Origin: Lentisphaerota bacterium
GTDB taxonomy: Bacteria; Verrucomicrobiota; Lentisphaeria; Victivallales; UBA1829
Reading direction: 5' to 3'
Assembly: GCA_015061915.1 (NCBI GenBank)
Contig: SUVR01000004.1
Span: forward strand, 53,093-117,092
Length of the DNA: 64,000 nucleotides
Shown: positions 10,901-19,224 of the stretch, in pieces
Layout of the letters: each line of letters begins with the position of its first letter
How positions within the stretch are numbered: the first letter of the stretch is position 1
The notes under the pieces: model-generated
The model's input: the letters and a program-made list of their open reading frames with translations, nothing else
Database searches by the model: none
What the model was told of the DNA's origin: nothing
Program-made: the position numbers and the translations under genes

Positions 10901-11927
10901 CTGGGGCGGCGGCGGTTTCACCCGTTATCCGCTGGCGCAGCCCCGCCCGGTCATCAGTGTGGGGGCTATCTTTACACATGTGTTCGATCAGGTGGAATTT
11001 CTCCGCATGATCCCCACCGGCTCCCAGACAGTCTATGCGCTGGAATTCAGGAAGGGAGATGGCTTTATCTACGCGCTCTGGACGCCCCGCGGCTGTGTGA
11101 AGACTGCCGTCAATACCCGCGAAAAAGAACTGAACGGCATGGATATCTACGGTCGCCCGCTTGTCTGGAAGAGCGGCGAAAAACTCTCCGTTTCCGAAGA
11201 AGCGGTTTACCTGATGAGCAGGACAAAGATCGAATCGTTCACCGCAGAATCGGAACGCTCATTCCCGTGGGAACAGTACTCCGGGATCGAAAATGCAGTC
11301 CTCTCCGTGAAAATGGATGACGCCGCAAAGTGGACCGCTGACATGCAGGAACACAGCCGTCTGAAACAGAACCCGAAGAGCCTGCCGACACTGGCACCGG
11401 GCAGCTACACGCTGAAGACGGTTACAGATAAAGAGCGCGGTAATTGTCTGGAAGTCAGCCTCGCACCAGTGGCGGAAGTGAAGAACCCGCTGCTGCAGGA
11501 ATATGTGTTCATCCGCCCGCAGGAACCGGTCGTGTTGAACGGCAAGGCGGATACGGTAGGGCTGTGGATCAAGGGTAACTCCAGCTGGGCAAAGCTGTAC
11601 TTTGAACTGGAGGACGCCGACGGCGATGTCTGGATGACTTTCAGCGCCTACTACGACTGGCCCGATCAGCTGGGGATCAACTTTGACGGCTGGCATCTGG
11701 TGTGCTGTCCGCTGACCGATGCCTCTCCGGTGAAAATCCCCTGTCCCAACGAGGATCGCTACATCTGGCGCCACATCCAGTCCGGAAAAGGCAGCGACCG
11801 GAAGCTGACATTCCCGGTCAAGTTGCGCGGTGTAGGGATCGCCATGCCCCGGAAGGTGCTGAACATTCTGGAAATGGAAGATGTGAAGATCCAATCCGTG
11901 CGCCTCGGCGGTTTTGTCAATTATTGA
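7962..11927 (+). CDS. Large secreted hypothetical protein (1321 aa), possibly a glycoside hydrolase-like multidomain protein
   Basis: Sec signal peptide (MKFLLPALLLLSAPLQA) and coding-like codon use. C-terminal segment GLWIKGNSS..FELED..INFDGW resembles CBM-like beta-sandwiches. No family confidently recognised. Confidence 0.75.
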   Translation: MKMKFLLPALLLLSAPLQAAVSLSPGGLLPAAEDPKKPAVFPAEPILLKADQQPKEYTLTYRAKFTGKKQDHTLRLHYQELNKDGAKLKSPLTVTGVVFDPNGHSTVNGRGICRLAYNGILPVHQRYLAEPLFQTGEWYDFKLTARNMEEYIALTLFVKKGDQWRRLLAGNVMTNRQLAGVSFASGSGLELADIALDPVGPAPEKLLPGASAKSKVITVPFAGEKTGVKLRLTPGSYPVQIMIQLLNSKQEKPVVYTYRLNPVAQNFSWKEEFTVEKEVDGVKKKVKETISKSHTFEDTGIDVLANNWRLYTVYTRARVAGRYHNNQMAEIAANPEKYGKTASASEFVLEFRSTPAGRELWLNGSFFQKIPESVTFDQIKVSLPAGAVCPEPEIRNGPVTVVAPCYQPVPVTPDDDMIPIPGMKHFMIPRCGEEDAFATALCKVNRGSYLLECDGYLSRSAFDAMPDSFIRRVPVAQYNRAYVLCALSPDPEKKMTTDVTARLTSFYSPNNAGCSPEMIAYQTVTLPRSESAPLPPNVKRVGNGMFLVAFDLDVGKIQDVIFMKKNAFLDFEVMGGLFEGDDYYIYCGGKPAKTPSAVKVYGAVLERTPVSMMVESGQIGNIYYPNETPAMTAHLSGAADQNVTVDWIVKDLDGKTVFSKQDVWTVKPAEKTALRTEFPVKAIGHYTVNVQLKDPAGKVLVNYAGSFVRIPADTRKAFYDSPYFLWNFGGAHGTPGDLETVSYLYNRIGARKAQLWNYKYSEEEVRSHKMMHGPFPYLRSKAATPEERAKDLDAQIQRLIKRYPHTDSALIFHESGGGPDPLELCGGVTEITPEQKAEDERKSQRAIELAQAWRRNAPHIRLTVGNSGGTIGLIARLFRAGYPRDLIDRIGEESVGQTMPPERSTAGSFWKLYELGRIYGYKDLGVEACYEWKSRLPRCFTPRKHASLCARDLLIAHAWKSPTIPVPGGFEKANSYYNTVWGGGGFTRYPLAQPRPVISVGAIFTHVFDQVEFLRMIPTGSQTVYALEFRKGDGFIYALWTPRGCVKTAVNTREKELNGMDIYGRPLVWKSGEKLSVSEEAVYLMSRTKIESFTAESERSFPWEQYSGIENAVLSVKMDDAAKWTADMQEHSRLKQNPKSLPTLAPGSYTLKTVTDKERGNCLEVSLAPVAEVKNPLLQEYVFIRPQEPVVLNGKADTVGLWIKGNSSWAKLYFELEDADGDVWMTFSAYYDWPDQLGINFDGWHLVCCPLTDASPVKIPCPNEDRYIWRHIQSGKGSDRKLTFPVKLRGVGIAMPRKVLNILEMEDVKIQSVRLGGFVNY

Positions 11928-11948
11928 GGGAAAAATACAGATTCCCTC

Positions 11949-11976
11949 TTGAAAAGTACGCTTTGTATGTTATATT
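11949..11976 (+). promoter_or_regulatory. Putative promoter of the IscU-like/GGGtGRT operon
   Basis: TTGAAA-N16-TATATT with TG extension; AGGAG RBS before 12040. Confidence 0.6.
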
Positions 11977-12039
11977 ATACGGATTTTTGATCATCGCAAA
12001 AACTACTAACCAAACTTCTAACGATACAGGAGAATCAAA

Positions 12040-12747
12040 ATGACCTTCACTCATGAAGTCGAACAGATGTGCTGTGTCGCCAAGGGCCCGAAACACGGTC
12101 CCGCTCCGATCCCGCAGGAAGGGAAATGGACGAAGGCGAAAGAGATCACGGAAATTTCCGGTCTCACTCACGGCGTCGGCTGGTGTGCCCCGCAGCAGGG
12201 TGCCTGCAAACTCACCCTCAACGTCAAAGATGGTATCATCCAGGAAGCTCTCGTTGAAACGATCGGCTGCTCCGGCATGACTCACTCCGCTGCCATGGCT
12301 GCGGAAATCCTGCCCGGCAAAACCATCCTCGAAGCCCTGAACACGGACCTCGTCTGTGACGCGATCAACACTGCCATGCGCGAACTGTTCCTCCAGATCG
12401 TTTACGGCCGCACCCAGACTGCGTTCTCCGAAGGCGGTCTCCCCATCGGTGCCGGTCTGGAAGACCTCAAGCAGCTCCGTTCCATCACCGGTACCATGTA
12501 CGGCACCTCCGCAAAGGGCGTCCGTTATCTGGAAATGGCGGAAGGCTATGTGACCGGTCTGGCTCTCGATGAAGACGATCAGGTCATCGGTTACGAGTTC
12601 GTCAACCTCGGCAAGATGATGGAAGCGATCAACTCCGGCAAGGAAGAGATCCTCAGTATGCCGACGAAAGACCTCGTCAAGAAATTCCAGAAGACCTACG
12701 GCCGCTTTGCCGATGCCGCCAAGGTCATCAACCCGCGCAAGGCATAA
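12040..12747 (+). CDS. IscU/NifU_N-like Fe-S scaffold-domain protein (GGGtGRT partner)
   Basis: GWCAPQQGACKLTLNV, ETIGCSGMTHS and LVCDA give IscU-like Cys spacing, followed by a long C-terminal extension. Confidence 0.85.
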   Translation: MTFTHEVEQMCCVAKGPKHGPAPIPQEGKWTKAKEITEISGLTHGVGWCAPQQGACKLTLNVKDGIIQEALVETIGCSGMTHSAAMAAEILPGKTILEALNTDLVCDAINTAMRELFLQIVYGRTQTAFSEGGLPIGAGLEDLKQLRSITGTMYGTSAKGVRYLEMAEGYVTGLALDEDDQVIGYEFVNLGKMMEAINSGKEEILSMPTKDLVKKFQKTYGRFADAAKVINPRKA

Positions 12748-12765
12748 GGAAGGGAGTTCGTCACT

Positions 12766-13764
12766 ATGGCACTTTTTGAAAGCTACGAACGCCGTATTGC
12801 TCAGATCAACAAATTTCTGAACGATAACGGGATCGCTTCCATCGAAGAAGCAGAACAGATCACCAAAGGCAAAGGTCTGGACATCTATCAGCGTGTGAAA
12901 GACATCCAGCCGATCTGCTTTGAAAACGCCTGCTGGGCATACTTGGTCGGTGCTGCCGTCGCCATCAAGCGCGGTCAGACCGTTGCCAGCGAAATCGCCA
13001 AGACCCTCGGCGAAGGCCTCCAGAGCTTCTGCATCCCCGGTTCCGTTGCGGACGACCGTAAAGTCGGTATCGGCCACGGCAACCTGGCATCCATGCTCCT
13101 CGAAGACCAGACCAAGTGCTTTGCGTTCTGCGCAGGTCACGAATCCTTCGCTGCTGCTGAAGGTGCGATCGGTCTTGCCCGCAGCGCCAACAAAGCCCGT
13201 AAAGAACCCCTCCGCGTGATCCTGAACGGTCTCGGCAAAGACGCTGCCATGATCATCAGCCGTATCAACGGCTTCACCTTCGTTGAAACCGAATTCGACT
13301 ATGCCACCGGCGAACTCAAAGTCGTCGCTGAAAAGGCATACTCCAAGGGCGAACGCGCAGCGGTCCGCTGCTACGGCGCTGATGACGTCCGTGAAGGCGT
13401 CGCCATTATGTGGAACGAAGATGTGGATATCGCCATCACCGGTAACTCCACGAACCCGACCCGCTTCCAGCACCCGGTTATGGGCACCTACAAGAAAGAA
13501 CGGATCGCCAACGGCAGAAAGTTCTTCTCTGTGGCTTCCGGCGGCGGCACGGGCAGAACCCTGCACCCGGACAACATGGCTGCCGGTCCTGCTTCCTACG
13601 GCATGACGGACACCATGGGCAGAATGCACTCCGACGCACAGTTCGCCGGTTCCTCCTCGGTTCCGGCACACGTCGAAATGATGGGTCTCATCGGCATGGG
13701 CAACAACCCCATGGTCGGTGCATCCGTTGACGTTGCTGTGGCTGTCGCTCAGGCGATGAAATAA
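12766..13764 (+). CDS. GGGtGRT family protein (uncharacterised)
   Basis: Literal ASGGGTGRTLHPDN motif, 332 aa, AGHESFAAAEGA, MALFESYERR start. Confidence 0.95.
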   Translation: MALFESYERRIAQINKFLNDNGIASIEEAEQITKGKGLDIYQRVKDIQPICFENACWAYLVGAAVAIKRGQTVASEIAKTLGEGLQSFCIPGSVADDRKVGIGHGNLASMLLEDQTKCFAFCAGHESFAAAEGAIGLARSANKARKEPLRVILNGLGKDAAMIISRINGFTFVETEFDYATGELKVVAEKAYSKGERAAVRCYGADDVREGVAIMWNEDVDIAITGNSTNPTRFQHPVMGTYKKERIANGRKFFSVASGGGTGRTLHPDNMAAGPASYGMTDTMGRMHSDAQFAGSSSVPAHVEMMGLIGMGNNPMVGASVDVAVAVAQAMK

Positions 13765-13782
13765 GTCGCACTACTGCAATTC

Positions 13783-13821
13783 AGGGAGCGGTTTCTTTTT
13801 CCGGGAAACCGCTCCCTTTTT
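13783..13821 (+). terminator. Intrinsic terminator
   Basis: AGGGAGCGGTTTC / GAAACCGCTCCCT 13-bp stem followed by TTTT. Confidence 0.85.
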
Positions 13822-13859
13822 GACCATAGCAATGAACGGAAAGAAAGGCGGATGAGGCA

Positions 13860-15536
13860 ATGAAGGGCAAACGCAAAGTAAGTACAAAACGTTATCAGAA
13901 GCGCTACGATGAAGCGTACGAACCGGATATGGAGCAGATCAACTCCGAGATCGCTGAACTTCAGGCGGCGGAGCAGGAGGATCGGGACGAAGAACGGGAT
14001 CCGGGCGATGATGCGTTGACAGACGTGCGCAGTGCGCTTCCCTCCATTGCCATCGTTGGCAGACCCAATGTGGGCAAATCTTCTCTGTTCAATGCCATCC
14101 TCAAGCGCAGACAGGCGATCGTGCATTTTGACAGCGGCGTGACACGGGACCGCGTCTCCGCTTCCGGCGTCTTTGATAAATGCCGTTTCACCCTCTTCGA
14201 TACCGGCGGGCTCGGTATGTATCAGGGCGAAAAACGCGGCGTCGGGTTCTGGGACCGGATGATCGAAGAACAGGTGGACGCCGCTATCGCTTCCGCCGAT
14301 ACCATTCTCTTTGTGGTGGATGTACAGGCGGGGCTCAGCCCGCTGGATAAGAACATCGCCGCCAAGATCCGCACCTGCGGAAAAAAAGTCCTGCTCGTAG
14401 CGAACAAGGCAGACAACGCCGGGTTCGAGAAGCACGCGGATGAGTTCTACGAGCTGGGCTTTGACAAAGTCTATACCGTTTCCTGTCTCCACCGGAGAGG
14501 GATCGATGACATGATGACGGAAGCCGTGGCGGGTCTGCCCCGGATCCGGGAAGGCCGCAAAGTGACCCGTCCTCTGCGGATCGCCGTCTTCGGCAGACCG
14601 AACGTGGGCAAGTCCTCTCTGGTCAACCGGATGCTGGGCGAACAGCGGGTCATTGTGAGCGATGTTCCCGGCACGACACGGGATACCATCGACGTGGAAT
14701 TTATGCTCCCCTGCCGGGATGAACTCGTGCCTGCCATGATCGTGGACACCGCCGGGTTGCGGAAACGGTCCAAGGTGGATGACGCCGTGGAGCAGTACAG
14801 TAATATGCGTGCCGCCGAAGCATTGGAAACGTGCGATATCGTCCTTTTTGTGATCGAATCCAGCGTAGGCTTTGCCACGGCACAGGATAAAAGCATTGCC
14901 CGTATGGTGGAGGAATCCGGCAAGGGCTGTATCATCGTCGCCAACAAGTGGGACATCCGGGCGGACGGCAAGCGTGCGCAGGAAATGCTGGAGGACATCC
15001 ACACCTCCCTGCCCAAGATGCGCTACGCCCCGGTGGTCTTCACCTCGGCAAAGACCGGGTACAACTTTGACGCCCTTTATGAAGCGATCGCCCAGCTCCG
15101 CGGGCAGATGTCCCTCAAGATCTCCACGTCCATGCTGAACCGGGTGATCCAGGACGCCGTGACGCGGAATCTGCCGCCGGTGGTCGGCACAAAACCTCTG
15201 AAGATCTACTACGGCACTATGACCAGTTCCACACCTCCGAAGGCAGTGCTTTTTGTGAACAAAGTCTCCTATTGTGCCGACACATACAAGACCTATCTGG
15301 TCAACTATTTCCGCAAGGCGTTCGGTTTTGTGGGCTTCCCCGTGTTCATCCGTCTGCAGGAACGCGAACGGCGCGATTTGAGCGAAGTGGTGAACCATCA
15401 GGGCAGTACCGGCAAGAAACACGTTGCCAACGCCAAACAGTACAAGGAAAAGAAGCAGAAAAGCATTGCTGCCAAGCACGAAAAACGGGCTGCCGCCCGG
15501 AAGAAAAAAGGCAGCTACGGCGCCTTTGAAGATTGA
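13860..15536 (+). CDS. der: Ribosome biogenesis GTPase Der (EngA) with charged N- and C-terminal extensions
   Basis: Two GRPNVGKSS P-loops, DTGG/DTAG, NKAD/NKWD and a KH-like C domain. Confidence 0.96.
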   Translation: MKGKRKVSTKRYQKRYDEAYEPDMEQINSEIAELQAAEQEDRDEERDPGDDALTDVRSALPSIAIVGRPNVGKSSLFNAILKRRQAIVHFDSGVTRDRVSASGVFDKCRFTLFDTGGLGMYQGEKRGVGFWDRMIEEQVDAAIASADTILFVVDVQAGLSPLDKNIAAKIRTCGKKVLLVANKADNAGFEKHADEFYELGFDKVYTVSCLHRRGIDDMMTEAVAGLPRIREGRKVTRPLRIAVFGRPNVGKSSLVNRMLGEQRVIVSDVPGTTRDTIDVEFMLPCRDELVPAMIVDTAGLRKRSKVDDAVEQYSNMRAAEALETCDIVLFVIESSVGFATAQDKSIARMVEESGKGCIIVANKWDIRADGKRAQEMLEDIHTSLPKMRYAPVVFTSAKTGYNFDALYEAIAQLRGQMSLKISTSMLNRVIQDAVTRNLPPVVGTKPLKIYYGTMTSSTPPKAVLFVNKVSYCADTYKTYLVNYFRKAFGFVGFPVFIRLQERERRDLSEVVNHQGSTGKKHVANAKQYKEKKQKSIAAKHEKRAAARKKKGSYGAFED

Positions 15537-15553
15537 GGTGCAATTCTGTTTTT

Positions 15554-16390
15554 TCAGAACTCGAATGTCAGGCCATCGTAACAGGGCGTGACGTTGAGGG
15601 GCGTCATGATCTTGAGCAGTTCTTCGTGGGGACAGACGCTGTGATGTTCAAAATGGGTGGCGAAATTGGGCGTCTCTTCCGTCATCAGCCCGTATTCGAT
15701 CAGACGGGTGCGGAACTTGAGGTAAACATTCAAGCCCATGTGTGATTTTGCCAGATCGGGATTGCGTGCGGCGCCGTAGCAATCGATGATAGCGGCATCC
15801 AGTTTGTATCCGCACTGGCGGATCATCTCCCACGTTTCATCGGACCACCAGCCGGTATCGTTGGCAATCAGCAGGGATTTTCCGCCACGGGTGAGGATGT
15901 AATTCAGGGGAGTCGTTCCGGGGTCGTGGTCGGCACGGACCGCAAAGATCTCCATGGAGCCATCCGGGGTGGTCAGGCGTTCGCCGGGGTGAATGGGGCA
16001 GGACCGCATGGAAGCGTAGGCAAAACCGCCGCCTTTTTCTCCGCCGACACAGCGCTGGGGCATATCATCGCCGTAAAAATCCAGCACAGGCGGATTGAGG
16101 GCGAACTTGGGGGAACCGCGGCGACCGATCAGCTCCAGATTGAGGTGGTCGCCGTGGCAATGAGTATTCAGAACGCGCCTGATCTTTGCGTAGTCCACAT
16201 AAAACAGGCGCATCTGTTCACGCAGGTCCGGACCGAAGTCGATCAGCGTATCGTCGTCGATGAGATAGCTGGTGCATCTTCTGTAATCGGGGCTTTCCGG
16301 GTTGCGCCGGGCGTGTTCGCAACTGGCGCAGGTGCAGAAAAGCGAGGGCACTCCTTCCGAGCCGCCGCTGCCGAGAACAGTAAACTTCAT
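15554..16390 (-). CDS. Metallo-beta-lactamase-fold hydrolase, PhnP-like
   Basis: LGSGGSEGVP..CxCxxC Zn site, THCHGDH motif, C-terminal THFEH and YDG. Confidence 0.85.
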   Translation of the reverse strand: MKFTVLGSGGSEGVPSLFCTCASCEHARRNPESPDYRRCTSYLIDDDTLIDFGPDLREQMRLFYVDYAKIRRVLNTHCHGDHLNLELIGRRGSPKFALNPPVLDFYGDDMPQRCVGGEKGGGFAYASMRSCPIHPGERLTTPDGSMEIFAVRADHDPGTTPLNYILTRGGKSLLIANDTGWWSDETWEMIRQCGYKLDAAIIDCYGAARNPDLAKSHMGLNVYLKFRTRLIEYGLMTEETPNFATHFEHHSVCPHEELLKIMTPLNVTPCYDGLTFEF

Positions 16391-16417
16391 CTGCCGGACC
16401 TTCCGTGTTCCGTTCGA

Positions 16418-17227
16418 TCAGAAATCGACCTTGATGGCGTTTTCAAATTCCTCGTTGATGAAGGCGACACCGGCGGGGCCCAGCGCTTCCATCAGGGGAT
16501 CGTCATCTTTTTCGCAGAATCCAACCGGGTTGTGGCGGATCCAGCCTTCGGCGATCCCGTATTTCTTGGAGAGGCGTCCGATCATCTTGCCGCCATCCAC
16601 CAACCCCTGAATGTAGGAGTTGGTCGCCTGACTGACATCCAGCCAGGACTGCTGGCTCTTGTGGCAGGAGAGCATCTGCTTCTTCATCTCGATCACGGGT
16701 TCCACGTTCACGAAAATGCCGGGGATCACGGGACGGCGGAGGGTATCCACCAGCGAGTGCGGCATAGCGTGGTAAACGGTCAGGAAGTCATCAAACTTCT
16801 GGGAGGGACGGGCAGTCTTTGCGTTGCCCATACCGCGGCAGAAGGCGGCGGAGACGGCGAGGCGTCCGGCGTTGACGTGGTCTTCCATATAGTCGTAAGG
16901 ACCATGCGTCAGCACGATTTTGGGCTTCACATCCCGGACTTCCGGCAGGAGTTTGCCGAACAGCTCGGAGTTGTAAAAGACTTCCAGGTCGTTGCAGATG
17001 CTTTCGTGGTAGTGGAAGCCGGCAAGCGCACAGGCGTCAATGGCTTCCTGACGGCGCATCCGCACGATAGTTTCGTAGTCATACTTTTCCGTGCCGAGGC
17101 TGCCGTTTGCGATATTCATGTAGTGGATCTCCCAGCCCAGTTTCTGGAGCTGGAGGAGCGTACCCGCCATCTGGAATTCGATATCATCCGGATGGCAGGC
17201 GATCGCCATAGCGACTTTGTTGGACAT
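16418..17227 (-). CDS. PIG-L/LmbE family N-acetyl deacetylase
   Basis: ACHPDDIE, RRQEA, DYMEDH and HKSQ motifs. Start taken at MSNKV with GAGGAG RBS. Confidence 0.9.
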   Translation of the reverse strand: MSNKVAMAIACHPDDIEFQMAGTLLQLQKLGWEIHYMNIANGSLGTEKYDYETIVRMRRQEAIDACALAGFHYHESICNDLEVFYNSELFGKLLPEVRDVKPKIVLTHGPYDYMEDHVNAGRLAVSAAFCRGMGNAKTARPSQKFDDFLTVYHAMPHSLVDTLRRPVIPGIFVNVEPVIEMKKQMLSCHKSQQSWLDVSQATNSYIQGLVDGGKMIGRLSKKYGIAEGWIRHNPVGFCEKDDDPLMEALGPAGVAFINEEFENAIKVDF

Positions 17228-17249
17228 AGTGTTGCGCTCCTCTGAAAGA

Positions 17250-18176
17250 TCAGTGCATTTCCACGTCGCAGACACCGAATCCGCCGCGGAAGAAGCTGAA
17301 GGTCACATCCGGGTGATCGGAGAGGAGACTCATGGGCACGGCGCTGTCCGCGATCTTCTTGGAGAGCATATAGGTGGTCAGGCGCATACCGAAGGGGTTG
17401 TCGTGGTGACCGGGATGCCAGATGGAGACTTTTTCCGCCTTCCAGGTCTGGACAGGACCGACGGTGACCGCCACCGTGGGAACGTTCTGGACCGTGCCGC
17501 CGCCGGAGGTTCTGGCGTTCTGGATCAGGGTGATCGGGTGCAGGTCAACGATACGGGTGGAAAGTTTGCGGTATTCTTCCGGGCTGGGCGGATTGTCCAC
17601 ATAAGCACCTTCGCGCTTGACAGGGTCGTTGAACGCCCAGTGCTTGGTTTCGCCCTGACCGCCCTGCATGAGGACGCAGCGGACATTTTCCCACGCCTTG
17701 TTGTATTCTTCCGGATTTTCCGTGGGGAAGTGGAGGTTTTCCATGGGCATACGGAGGTCTTCACGGATGCGGTTGAAGCACAGATCCATATCACACTTTG
17801 CGAAGCCCATGGGGAAGTTCATATCGGCAGCCTTGCCATCGACAATCCATTCATCCATACCGAAGAAGTGGCAGTTCTTGAGGTCCAGATTCATAGCATT
17901 GACCATCTGGGCAACGATGGGGAGCTGTTCGGTGGGACCGATGGGACCGCAGACGCCGCAGGGGCGTTCGGGAGTCGCCTGCATCCAGGCAGAAATGTAT
18001 TCCAGAGCTTCCGCAGCATAGAATTCCTGAATGGTGTCGTAGATATTGATCTTGAAACCGGGGCGCTCGTAATCTTTGAGCGTGTCAATGGTGATCTTTG
18101 CAGCTTCGTCGAGGATGCTGCGGTCGAGTGTGGTGTAGTCCCACCATGCCGGTGCCAGTTTGCTGAGTGCTCTCAT
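17250..18176 (-). CDS. Glucosamine/galactosamine-6-phosphate isomerase (NagB-like), divergent
   Basis: FFGMDEW and [14 protein letters not shown] motifs; VPTVAVTVG. Confidence 0.8.
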   Translation of the reverse strand: MRALSKLAPAWWDYTTLDRSILDEAAKITIDTLKDYERPGFKINIYDTIQEFYAAEALEYISAWMQATPERPCGVCGPIGPTEQLPIVAQMVNAMNLDLKNCHFFGMDEWIVDGKAADMNFPMGFAKCDMDLCFNRIREDLRMPMENLHFPTENPEEYNKAWENVRCVLMQGGQGETKHWAFNDPVKREGAYVDNPPSPEEYRKLSTRIVDLHPITLIQNARTSGGGTVQNVPTVAVTVGPVQTWKAEKVSIWHPGHHDNPFGMRLTTYMLSKKIADSAVPMSLLSDHPDVTFSFFRGGFGVCDVEMH

Positions 18177-18234
18177 TTCTTTTCTCCTTGATTTGAGATC
18201 GTTTGTTTTGTATTATGGATTCCGTTCAAAAATC

Positions 18235-19044
18235 TTATTCGGTGGCGTTTTCCACGCCGGGGAATGTGCCGCTGCGGACATCGTCCACATAGGAAGAGAC
18301 GGCATTTTTCATTTCGTTGCCCAGATCGGCATAACGCTTTGCGTGCTTGGGCAGGTATTCGGTAAAAAATCCCACAAGGTCCGCAATGACCTGCACCTGA
18401 CCATCACAATACGGTCCAGCTCCGATCCCGATGGTAGGGATATCCAGACTTTCTGTGATCTTCTTCGCCAAAGAGGCGGGCAGACATTCAAAGACAATGG
18501 CAAAGGCGCCCGCTTCCTGAAGTGCGATGGCATCCGCAAGCAGGGCTTCCGCCTCTTCCTCTTTTCTGCCGTGAATCCGGTAGCCGCCGGAAGTCTTGAC
18601 AGACTGAGGAAGCAGACCGATGTGTGCGCAGACAGGGATCCCCGCCTCCACAAGGCGTTTGACCACAGGAATGGTGGAGTGATCAGTTTCCAGTTTCACC
18701 GCATCACAATTTGCATCCTGGATCAGACGCGCCGCATTGAGCAGGGTCTGTTCTTCGGAAAGATGGAAGGAAAGGAAGGGCATATCACCCACAATGAATG
18801 TATCGGGAGCGCCGCGGCGGACCGCTTTGCAGTGGTGGACCATATCATCCATCGTAACCGGGACAGTATCCGAGTAACCGAGAGCCGCCATACCGAGAGA
18901 ATCGCCGACGAGAATCATATCCACGCCGCCCGCCTGCGCAAATTTTGCGGTGGGGGCATCGTATGCGGTGAGCATCACGATTTTTTCGCCATTGGTCTTC
19001 ATCTTCCGGAGTGTCCGGACCGTATGTTTTTTTCCACTTGTCAT
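18235..19044 (-). CDS. panB: 3-methyl-2-oxobutanoate hydroxymethyltransferase
   Basis: MLTAYD, LVGDSLG, HIGLLPQS and IGIGAG..DGQ motifs. Confidence 0.98.
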   Translation of the reverse strand: MTSGKKHTVRTLRKMKTNGEKIVMLTAYDAPTAKFAQAGGVDMILVGDSLGMAALGYSDTVPVTMDDMVHHCKAVRRGAPDTFIVGDMPFLSFHLSEEQTLLNAARLIQDANCDAVKLETDHSTIPVVKRLVEAGIPVCAHIGLLPQSVKTSGGYRIHGRKEEEAEALLADAIALQEAGAFAIVFECLPASLAKKITESLDIPTIGIGAGPYCDGQVQVIADLVGFFTEYLPKHAKRYADLGNEMKNAVSSYVDDVRSGTFPGVENATE

Positions 19045-19093
19045 ATCGTATCTCCTCAGTAAAACGGATTCACATGGAACAAGGTTATGGCAT

Positions 19094-19193
19094 AATATAC
19101 ATAGAAAAGCCGCTAATGCAAGGAAAAAGCAGGCTGTTTTTCACAAAAAAGAAGAGATTTTCATTTGAAAAATTGTCAGTATGAATGTAAAAT
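19094..19193. promoter_or_regulatory. Divergent promoters for panB (-) and rnr (+)
   Basis: Minus strand TTGCAT-N16-TATATT (19121-19094); plus strand TTGAAA-N17-TAAAAT (19165-19193). Confidence 0.5.
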
Positions 19194-19224
19194 TATAGCG
19201 AAAACCTGAAGGAAAGAAACGATT

